A stretch of 33,817 bases of DNA from assembly GCA_050745605.1 (NCBI GenBank), contig JBOGKI010000001.1, forward strand, positions 1-33,817. The letters are read 5' to 3'. Origin of the DNA: Terriglobia bacterium (GTDB lineage Bacteria; Acidobacteriota; Terriglobia; UBA7540). Position numbers and translations under genes: made by a program. The notes beneath the pieces were generated by a model that saw only the letters and a program-made list of their open reading frames with translations, did no database searches and was not told where the DNA came from. Each line of letters opens with the position of its first letter. Within the stretch, counting starts at the first letter, position 1. Below are positions 16,421 through 24,089 of this stretch, piece after piece.

Positions 16421-17874
16421 GCAAGCAAGCGGCAACCCAGGCGAAGCAGAGTCTTGCGCCGGGGTTCACTCGCGCTCGCAGCAGTCTCTTAGAGCGCTAC
16501 AACACGCTGGGTCCGCACCTCTGTATTCAACGTGAAGCGATGGGCCCTGCCGTGCATCCCTCGGCGCCGACTTTGGTGCGCGACGTGGTGGAATCCCCGG
16601 GCCGGCCGCTCGATGCCGCGACACGTTCGTTCATGGAACCGCGCTTCGGCTATGACCTGAGCCAGATACGTGTACACACTGATGACCGGGCGGCGGAGTC
16701 GGCGCAAGCCGTCCGCGCCAATGCCTACACGGCGGGAACGCATGTCGCCTTTGGTACAGGCCAGTATGCGCCCGGGACACCGGGCGGTCAGCGGCTGTTG
16801 GCACATGAGTTGACCCACGTTGTGCAGCAGGCCTCCGGGCGTGTGGCCTCTACTCCCATCGCTGACCGTTTGTCGGTCAGCGACCCTTCGGATCGTTTTG
16901 AGCAAGCTGCCCGAGAGAACAGCGCCGCGGCGATAGCCGCACCAAACAATGACCCGAAGGTCGTGTCCGGTTTGCCGACCCTGCCTGCCGCTGCCACGTC
17001 GGAGAGCGACACCCTATTACAGCGTCAGCAGGAGGGCCCCGCCGCCTTTACTGGCGCAATTGCCGGTGGGTTCAGCGCTGTTTTCGCAGGTATCGGACTC
17101 ATTCCCGCGTTTGAGAGCGCCGCCGCCGGCAAGCGCCAAGCAGCGGAAGCGGAGAAGCAGACCAAAATCGCTCAAGCAAACCTGGATGTCGCCAAAGAGG
17201 CACTAGCTGTCGCCGACAACCCTCCGGTGCCTGCTCCCACCACGGGCGGCATCGTCGTGAACAACGGCGCCGGATACGCGGACATTTCCCCTTCAAAACT
17301 TCCGAAAGGAGTCGAAGCCGGAGAGGGGAAGGAAGTGCCGTTGACGCTTCTAAAGGTATCTCAGGGGGCGAATGACTTCGCGAATTTTAACGCCGTCGTC
17401 AAGACCGACGGAAAGAACATCACGGGGGGATACCTCCAAGACGGCCCGGCCCAGGGTTACCTGGGCGGTTCCGCAGGAAGCAACCTTAGCTTGTCGCTAA
17501 AACCGGTCGAGGGTCCCGCCATTCCGCAGGTGGCGCCAGGCGGAAAGACAAAAGGCAAGCCCCGGCCGATTGCGAGCGTGCGGTTCTTGATCAGCGGCAA
17601 CAACATCGCTCCGAGAACGCCGCCGGCGGGTGCAAGTCAAATCCAGCGCTTCAGCGGAAGCGTGTCGGTATCGGCGGCAGGCGACGTGGTGGCCAGCAAG
17701 CCATTCTCCGCAACTCCCGGAACCATGACGCCCGGGGATGGGGTCTCAAGACCGGCTGTCGCCATAGATCTTCCGCCCAGCCAACCCGCACCCACACCGC
17801 CGCCCATTCCGGCTCCGGCTAAGAAGAAAGCTACAGGTGGCGGTACTCCTGCGCCGGGGGGAGGCGCAAAATAA
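16417..17874 (+). CDS. DUF4157 (HExxH, 'PVC-metallopeptidase'-type) protein with uncharacterised C-terminal module; candidate effector
   Basis: FMEPRFGYDLSQIRVHTDDRAAESAQAVRANAYTAGTHVAFGTGQY...LLAHELTHVVQQ is a textbook DUF4157 signature (HELTH codons 16804-16818). GGGAGGGAG Shine-Dalgarno. 485 aa. Confidence 0.9.
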   Translation: MSKQAATQAKQSLAPGFTRARSSLLERYNTLGPHLCIQREAMGPAVHPSAPTLVRDVVESPGRPLDAATRSFMEPRFGYDLSQIRVHTDDRAAESAQAVRANAYTAGTHVAFGTGQYAPGTPGGQRLLAHELTHVVQQASGRVASTPIADRLSVSDPSDRFEQAARENSAAAIAAPNNDPKVVSGLPTLPAAATSESDTLLQRQQEGPAAFTGAIAGGFSAVFAGIGLIPAFESAAAGKRQAAEAEKQTKIAQANLDVAKEALAVADNPPVPAPTTGGIVVNNGAGYADISPSKLPKGVEAGEGKEVPLTLLKVSQGANDFANFNAVVKTDGKNITGGYLQDGPAQGYLGGSAGSNLSLSLKPVEGPAIPQVAPGGKTKGKPRPIASVRFLISGNNIAPRTPPAGASQIQRFSGSVSVSAAGDVVASKPFSATPGTMTPGDGVSRPAVAIDLPPSQPAPTPPPIPAPAKKKATGGGTPAPGGGAK

Positions 17875-18536
17875 TGGCCGCCTTTCCTGGATCGCCGCGC
17901 GTGCTGAAGGGCGGCATCGTGCTGCTCGATCCTGACCAGTTCACCGTGCTGCCGAACGGCATCATTGTGTTGCAGTACAACCCGGACACGCTAACGCGGA
18001 CGCTCAAGATAAAAGGCGCGGAGGAGGGCGGCGACCACTCCGAGGCCCTGCGGCTCACCGGGCCGCCCGTCGAGACCATCAAGCTTGACGCCGAGATCGA
18101 CGCCACGGACCAGCTTGAGCAGCCGGACCAAAATTCCAACACGGTGCAGAACGGCATCTTCCCGCAGCTTGCGGCGCTTGAAACCATCGTCTATCCGGCC
18201 AGTGCAACCTTGCAGAACAATTTCAACCTGGCGCAGCAGGGGACGCTCGAAATCATGCCCATGCTGGCTCCGTTCACCTTGTTCGTGTGGAGCGCGAACC
18301 GCATTGCGCCGGTGCGCATCACCGACCTCAGCATCACGGAAGAGGCCTTCGACCCGAGGCTCAATCCCATCCGCGCCAAGGTCAGCCTGGGCTTGCGCGT
18401 CCTGACCATTGACGACCTGAACTTCTCCGACAAGAGCGGCAGCCTTTACATGACGTACCAGCAGCAGAAGGAGAGTCTCGCTCAGTTGGTTCAGGGCGGC
18501 ACTTTCAGCAATCTCGGCATCACGGGGATTCCATGA
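17874..18536 (+). CDS. putative tube-initiator/baseplate-hub adaptor (CIS tube-like N-domain)
   Basis: 220 aa, with a TAATG overlap to the upstream gene. VLKGGIVLLD...IIVLQYNPDTLTRTL resembles the '...NPE/D...' strand motif of tube-like domains in Afp7/gp54-type initiators. The assignment is tentative. Confidence 0.5.
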   Translation: MAAFPGSPRVLKGGIVLLDPDQFTVLPNGIIVLQYNPDTLTRTLKIKGAEEGGDHSEALRLTGPPVETIKLDAEIDATDQLEQPDQNSNTVQNGIFPQLAALETIVYPASATLQNNFNLAQQGTLEIMPMLAPFTLFVWSANRIAPVRITDLSITEEAFDPRLNPIRAKVSLGLRVLTIDDLNFSDKSGSLYMTYQQQKESLAQLVQGGTFSNLGITGIP

Positions 18537-18907
18537 GCAACGGCGTACAGACGGATCCGGTCCAGGCGCTCCTGGCGCAGACCGCCCTGCAGAGGACGCT
18601 CTTCACGGCGACCAGCCGATACTACGGAATGGGCACGGACACGCTCGACTTGCCGCAGGGGAAGACCATTATTTACCTGCGCCGCCGCTTCGTGCCGCCG
18701 CCGGAAGGCTTCCAGTTGCTCCAGGAGCACACCGTCGTCCAGGGCGACCGTCTGGACAACCTCGCGGCGCAGTACCTGGGTGACCCGACGCTTTTCTGGC
18801 GGCTCTCGGACGCTAACCGGGCCATGCGGCCCGAGGATCTGACCGCGACGGCGGGCCGCAAGCTGTGCATCACGCTGCCGGAAGGCATTACCGGAAGCTC
18901 GCTATGA
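18533..18907 (+). CDS. LysM-like tail protein (P2 gpX-like)
   Basis: 124 aa. HTVVQGDRLDNLAAQYLGDPTLFWRLSDANRA is a LysM-type motif as found in P2 gpX and CIS baseplate LysM proteins. ATGA overlaps on both sides. Confidence 0.7.
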   Translation: MSNGVQTDPVQALLAQTALQRTLFTATSRYYGMGTDTLDLPQGKTIIYLRRRFVPPPEGFQLLQEHTVVQGDRLDNLAAQYLGDPTLFWRLSDANRAMRPEDLTATAGRKLCITLPEGITGSSL

Positions 18908-20031
18908 ATCGGGGTTTCTATCTGACGCTGATGATGGGAGGCTTCAACGCCAGCCCCGTGCCGCAGCCTGTCATCGACGCCTTGACCGACGTGCAAGTGA
19001 ACTCCACCGTCGGCAGCCAGGGCGGCTTCCAATTGAAATTCACCCTGGGCAAGAATTCCCCCATTCAGCAGATGTTGAGCTCCGGGTTCTTCGATCCCCG
19101 CACCCGCGTGATTATCGCCGTCACCGTGAACGGGTCGACCGAAGTTCTGATGGACGGGATCATCACCAAGCAGGATGTAACGCCCTCGATCGCCGCAGGC
19201 AAGTCAACTCTATCAGTCACCGGGCTCGACCTGACGGCGCTGATGGACTTCATCGACCTCACCGGCATCCCCTATCCCGCCCTGCCGGAGTTTGTGATCG
19301 TGGAGGCTATCCTGGCCAAGTATTTGGTCCTGGGCGTCGTACCCCTCGCGCTTCCCGCGAGTATCCCCTCGTTTGAGAACCCGCTCGAGCATTTCGTCAA
19401 GCAAGATGGAACGGACTATGCCTTCGTGACCGCGATGGCGCGTAAGGTGGGCGCTGTCTTCTACCTCGATCCCGGCCCGAAGCCCGGGTCGAGCTTGGCC
19501 TACTGGGGCCCGGATATCAGCAAGCTTTTCGGCAGCCCGCAGCCGGCCCTCAGCATTAACCTGGATGCCAGCACCAACATCGACTCGCTCAGCTTCTCCT
19601 TTGACGGCACGCTGGCCACGCAGTATCTGGTGACCATCATCGAGCAGAACACCCAACTGCCCATTCCCATTCCAGTGCCCAACATCACCCTGCTGAAAGG
19701 TCCGCTGGCCGCGCAGTTGCCTCCCATCGCCAAGGTCACGCAACTGAGGCCCATCGCCAGCGAGAATCCGGTGGGAGCGGCTCTGGCGGCCCTTGGCACC
19801 CTCTTCTCAACTCCGGACGTCATCTCCGCGCAGGGTCAGCTCGACGTGCTGCGCTACGGGCACGTCTTCAAGGCGCGGCAACTGGCGGCAGTGCGGGGCG
19901 CAGGTTCGTATTACGACGGAAAGTATTATGTGAAAAGTGTCACCCACAGCATCAAGCGGGGCGAGTACAAGCAGAGTTTCACCCTGTCGCGAGGCGGAGT
20001 GGTTTCGGACGTGTCAACCGTGAGCGTATGA
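18904..20031 (+). CDS. baseplate hub protein (phage late control gpD / gp27-like)
   Basis: 375 aa. The C-terminal ...YYDGKYYVKSVTHSIKRGEYKQSFTLSR is typical of gpD/VgrG N-domains. Position is immediately before the gpV-like spike gene. Confidence 0.8.
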   Translation: MNRGFYLTLMMGGFNASPVPQPVIDALTDVQVNSTVGSQGGFQLKFTLGKNSPIQQMLSSGFFDPRTRVIIAVTVNGSTEVLMDGIITKQDVTPSIAAGKSTLSVTGLDLTALMDFIDLTGIPYPALPEFVIVEAILAKYLVLGVVPLALPASIPSFENPLEHFVKQDGTDYAFVTAMARKVGAVFYLDPGPKPGSSLAYWGPDISKLFGSPQPALSINLDASTNIDSLSFSFDGTLATQYLVTIIEQNTQLPIPIPVPNITLLKGPLAAQLPPIAKVTQLRPIASENPVGAALAALGTLFSTPDVISAQGQLDVLRYGHVFKARQLAAVRGAGSYYDGKYYVKSVTHSIKRGEYKQSFTLSRGGVVSDVSTVSV

Positions 20032-20543
20032 TTACGAGCACCAAATACTACGGCATCTATCGCGGCACAGTGGTCAACAACATCGACCCCTTGCAGATCG
20101 GCCGGATCATGGTGACGGTTCCCGACGTGGGTGGTATCACGCCCTCCACTTTTGCAACTCCCTGCGTGCCTCTGGCCGGCAAACAGATGGGGACTTTCAT
20201 GGTGCCGCAGATCGGCGCCGGAGTGTGGATCCAGTTTGAAGCGGGAGACCCGGACCGTCCGGTCTGGAGCGGGGGTTGGTGGGGCAATGCGGCGGAGGTG
20301 CCGGCCCTGGCGCTGGCCGGCGTCCCGGCGGATCCCAACATTGTCATTCAGACGACTCTGCGGAACGCCATCGTGATCAGCGACCTTCCGGGTCCTACCG
20401 GCGGCATCATGCTCAAGAGCACCACCGGGGCCACGATCATCGTGAATGACACGGGGATTTACATTCAGAACGGCAAAGGGGCGAGCATCATCATGACCGG
20501 CCCCACCGTCACCGTCAACGCCGGAGCCCTCGTGGTCGTCTAG
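20028..20543 (+). CDS. spike protein (baseplate assembly protein V / gp5 OB-fold, Afp8-like C-part)
   Basis: YYGIYRGTVVNNIDPLQIGRIMVTVPDV...GAGVWIQFEAGDPDRPVWSGGWW is the gpV/gp5 OB-fold signature. The C-terminal beta-helix-like repeats are IVIQT/IVISD/IIVND/IYIQN/IIMTG. Confidence 0.85.
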   Translation: MITSTKYYGIYRGTVVNNIDPLQIGRIMVTVPDVGGITPSTFATPCVPLAGKQMGTFMVPQIGAGVWIQFEAGDPDRPVWSGGWWGNAAEVPALALAGVPADPNIVIQTTLRNAIVISDLPGPTGGIMLKSTTGATIIVNDTGIYIQNGKGASIIMTGPTVTVNAGALVVV

Positions 20544-20559
20544 GCTAGAGGTGTATGAC

Positions 20560-20883
20560 ATGCCGGGATTCCTGGTCCACGTCGGAGCTACCGTCACCTG
20601 CGCCCACGGCGGGCAGGCGCAGCCCACCGTCCCCAACCCGCGCGTCACGGTGATGGGGCAGCCCACGGTGACGATCGCAGCACCGTACGTCGTCGCCGGT
20701 TGCGCGTTTCCGCCGCCCCCCGCCGCCAACGGCCCCTGCGTGACGGCGCAGTGGGTGGTGGGGACGACGCGCCTGACTTCCAGCGGCCAGCCGCTGGTCG
20801 TCTTGAGCAGCCAGGCGATCTGCGCGCCCACCGGAACGCCCCTACTGATCCTGGTGACGCAGACTCGAGTTACGGCGATTTGA
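20560..20883 (+). CDS. PAAR-like spike-tip protein (Afp10-like)
   Basis: About 107 aa, small and Gly/Val/Thr/Pro-rich with conserved-looking Cys (VTCAHGG, VAGCAF, GPCV, AICAP), directly after the spike gene. ATG at 20560 sits 8 nt after GAGG; GTG at 20551 is an alternative start. There is no literal PAAR motif, so this is a family-level call only. Confidence 0.65.
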   Translation: MPGFLVHVGATVTCAHGGQAQPTVPNPRVTVMGQPTVTIAAPYVVAGCAFPPPPAANGPCVTAQWVVGTTRLTSSGQPLVVLSSQAICAPTGTPLLILVTQTRVTAI

Positions 20884-20889
20884 GGTGCC

Positions 20890-21252
20890 ATGAACATCGA
20901 CTTTCCCTATCACTTCGACGGACGTGGCCGGACCGCCTCGACGGATGACGATGACCACATCCGCGACATGATCGAGCAATTGCTCTTCACCAATCCCGGC
21001 GAGCGTGTGAACCGGCCGGACTTCGGCAGCGGCCTGCTGCAGATGGTGTTCGCGCCCAACAGTCCCGAGCTGGCGGCGGCGCTGCAGTTCACCATGCAGG
21101 CGGCCCTCGTGCGATACCTCGGTGACCTGATCGACCTGAAGTCGCTCGAAGTGACGGCGCAGGATTCCACCCTGAGCGTGGTCATCCAGTACCTGGTGCG
21201 GCGCACCCAGGAAAGCCGCAGGGAGACGTTCGTTCGGAGCGGTGTGCAATGA
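20890..21252 (+). CDS. baseplate wedge protein GPW/gp25 family (Afp9-like)
   Basis: IRDMIEQLLFTNPGERVNRPDFGSGLLQMVF is the GPW/gp25 signature. 120 aa. Confidence 0.9.
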   Translation: MNIDFPYHFDGRGRTASTDDDDHIRDMIEQLLFTNPGERVNRPDFGSGLLQMVFAPNSPELAAALQFTMQAALVRYLGDLIDLKSLEVTAQDSTLSVVIQYLVRRTQESRRETFVRSGVQ

Positions 21253-24089
21253 ACCACCCCAGCCTGGCCTGCAAGGAAGAGCACCGTCGCGACGACGTTC
21301 GTGCCGCGAGCGTCTTTGGCCTCGACTACGCGGAGGTGAGCGACGACCAGTTGACCATCACGGTGTTCTTCCTCGGCAAGGCGCCGCAGAGCATCGAGAA
21401 AGCCAACATCGCGCTCGCCGGCGGAAGCCGCATCCGCGACCTGCAGATGGTCAACCTGCGCCTGCATCGGCAGGCGGATCCCACGCTCGACGATTCCATG
21501 GAGGTCGTCGTCAATCAGCCGGGCGATTTCTCCACGTACACCCTGAGCGTCGTCCAGTTTGACGATCAGGGAGCCCCCCGGCCGTTCGACGGCTTCGACC
21601 CGCGATACCATCAGGTCGATTTCACCTTTAAGGCGTCGTGCCCGAGCCCGCTCGACTGCAAGACGGCCCCTGTCTGCCCGCCGCCCCAGCGCTCCGAGCC
21701 CGAGATCAATTACCTGGCCAAGGATTACGCCAGTTTCCGCCAGCTTATCCTCGACCGCTTGGCGCTCATCCTTCCCGCCTGGCAGGAGACCCACGTCCCG
21801 GACCTCGGCATCATGCTCGTCGAGCTCCTAGCCTACGCCGGGGACTCCCTGAGCTATTACCAGGACGCCGTGGCCACCGAAGCCTATCTCCCCACCGCCC
21901 GCCAGCGCATCTCCGTCCGCCGCCACGTGCGGCTGGTGGACTACGCCATGCACGAGGGAAGTAACTCCCGCGCCTGGGTGACCATCCACACCGATACCGA
22001 TGAGCCCTTCGACCCCAAGCGAATTTACTTCATCACTGCCTATCCCGGCTCTCCGGGCGCGCGCCTGATCGATTCCACCGCGCTCGCCCAGGTACCGGCC
22101 TCCACCTACCAGGTGTTTGAGCCGCTGTGGCCGAGCGGGCAGATTTCCATCTACGCCGCGCACAGTGAGATTCACTTCTACACTTGGGGCGACTGCGAGT
22201 GTTGCCTGGCTACCGGAGCCACCTCCGCCACGCTGGTGGACCAGTGGGTCCCGGCGCCGGCAAACGGCGAAGGCGGGACAGGGACCGCCGGAACCCCGCC
22301 CGGCCGCGTTCCGTCGTCTGTAGGGCCGGGGCTTGCCCCGGCCGTCGTGCCGGCCGGAGTCCCAGATCGCGTTCCGGTACCGGGCGGCGTGCCGCCCGCG
22401 CCTCCGGCAACCTCCGCGACCGACGGCCCGCCCGGGACCGTCCGCGCCCTCCGTTATCTGCAACCCGGCGACGTGCTCATCTTCGAGGAAGTCATCGGCC
22501 CGAAGACGGGCAGCCCCGCCGACAGAGATCCCAAGCATCGCCAGGCGGTGCGGCTCACCACGGTCACGCCCGCCGTTGACCCGCTCTACCACCCTGACGC
22601 CGCTCACCCGAAGTTCGGCCAGCCGATTGTGCAGATCGAGTGGGCGCCCGAGGACGCGCTCACCTTCCCGCTCTGCCTTTCCGCTCCGGCGCCGCCGCCC
22701 GATTGCTCCTGCACCGAGAACATCAGCGTGGCGCGCGGGAACGTGGTGCTCGTGGATAACGGCTCGAGCACCGGCGAGACGATCGGCACCGTGCCCACCG
22801 AATCGACCACGGAAACCTGTCCCACGCCCTGCACCCCGGGCGAATCCCACGTCGTGCCCTGCGTCTTCCGCCCCACCTTGCAGTCCGCGCCGCTCACCTT
22901 CGCCCAGCCCATCCCGCCCGGCGCCTGCTCGGCGGCGGAGATGATCGTCCAGGACCCGCGCCAGGCGCTGCCCGGGATTTCACTCGTCGGCACGCTCAAG
23001 ACCCCGGAAGGCGAGACCGTCACCACTTGGTGGCCGCTTTACGATCTGCTCCAAAGCGGCCCCGCCGACAACGACTTCGTGGTGGAAATGGACAACGACG
23101 GTTACGCCCACTTGCGCTTTGGCGACGGCAACCTGGGGCGCATGCCGGCGGCGGGCGTCGCCTTCCAGGCCAGCCTGCGGGTCGGCAACGGTCCCGCGGG
23201 CAACGTCGGCGCCGAGACCATCACCTACCTCGTTCTGCGCAACCAGCAGTCGAGCGGGCCGGCCATCACGCCGCGGAATCCCCTGCCCGCCACCGGCGGC
23301 ACGGCGCCGGAACCCCTCGCCGAAGTGAAGGTTTTCGCGCCTTACGCCTTCCGCGACGTGCTGGAGCGCGCCATCACTGCCGACGATTACGCTACACTGG
23401 CCGCCGACAACGCCCGCCGCCTCGAAGAGCGCTACACCGCCGTCGCCGCCGCCGACCCCGGCACGGACGCCTGCCTCTCACCCTTCATCACGCTCCAGGG
23501 CGCCAAGGCCACGCTGTGCTGGACCGGCAGTTGGTACGAGGTGCTCGTGGCCATCGACCCCGAGGGCACCGAAGACGCCTCGCCGGCGCTGGTCGAGGAA
23601 ATCACCGATTACCTCGAACCCTACCGGCGCATCGGGTACGACTTGATGGTCGCGCCCGCCGAGTACGTGCCCCTCAGCCTTGGGCTCACGATCTGCGTGC
23701 TGCCCAACTATCTGCGCGCCCACGTCGAGGCCGCGCTGCTCGACATCTTCAGTAACCGCGTTTTGCCGGATGGCACGCTCGGCTTCTTCCATCCCGACAA
23801 CTTGCCCTTCGGCGAGGGCGTTGACGTCAGCAAGATTGTTGCCGCCGCGATGGCGGTCACTGGCGTCCAGAACGCCGTCGTCACCGAGCTGGAGCGTTTT
23901 GAAGCGAGTGAGCCTGCGCCCGCCGTCGATCAACCCGGCGAAGAGCTCCCAAGTGTGCTCGGGCCCGGCGGTGTGCTGGCGCCCACCGGTGTGCTTTCGC
24001 TCGGCCCGTTCGAGATCGCCCGGTTGGATAACGATCCGAATTTCCCCGAGAACGGGCGCCTGACGCTCGACATGCGAGGTGGGCGATGA
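21249..24089 (+). CDS. baseplate J-like protein (gp6/gpJ, Afp11-like), 946 aa
   Basis: YLAKDYASFRQLILDRLALILPAWQETHVPDLGIMLVELLAYAGDSLSYYQDAVATEAYLPTA and a later GNGPAGNVGAETI match baseplate-J motifs. Contains a Pro/Gly-rich insert (aa ~335-396). Confidence 0.8.
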   Translation: MNHPSLACKEEHRRDDVRAASVFGLDYAEVSDDQLTITVFFLGKAPQSIEKANIALAGGSRIRDLQMVNLRLHRQADPTLDDSMEVVVNQPGDFSTYTLSVVQFDDQGAPRPFDGFDPRYHQVDFTFKASCPSPLDCKTAPVCPPPQRSEPEINYLAKDYASFRQLILDRLALILPAWQETHVPDLGIMLVELLAYAGDSLSYYQDAVATEAYLPTARQRISVRRHVRLVDYAMHEGSNSRAWVTIHTDTDEPFDPKRIYFITAYPGSPGARLIDSTALAQVPASTYQVFEPLWPSGQISIYAAHSEIHFYTWGDCECCLATGATSATLVDQWVPAPANGEGGTGTAGTPPGRVPSSVGPGLAPAVVPAGVPDRVPVPGGVPPAPPATSATDGPPGTVRALRYLQPGDVLIFEEVIGPKTGSPADRDPKHRQAVRLTTVTPAVDPLYHPDAAHPKFGQPIVQIEWAPEDALTFPLCLSAPAPPPDCSCTENISVARGNVVLVDNGSSTGETIGTVPTESTTETCPTPCTPGESHVVPCVFRPTLQSAPLTFAQPIPPGACSAAEMIVQDPRQALPGISLVGTLKTPEGETVTTWWPLYDLLQSGPADNDFVVEMDNDGYAHLRFGDGNLGRMPAAGVAFQASLRVGNGPAGNVGAETITYLVLRNQQSSGPAITPRNPLPATGGTAPEPLAEVKVFAPYAFRDVLERAITADDYATLAADNARRLEERYTAVAAADPGTDACLSPFITLQGAKATLCWTGSWYEVLVAIDPEGTEDASPALVEEITDYLEPYRRIGYDLMVAPAEYVPLSLGLTICVLPNYLRAHVEAALLDIFSNRVLPDGTLGFFHPDNLPFGEGVDVSKIVAAAMAVTGVQNAVVTELERFEASEPAPAVDQPGEELPSVLGPGGVLAPTGVLSLGPFEIARLDNDPNFPENGRLTLDMRGGR

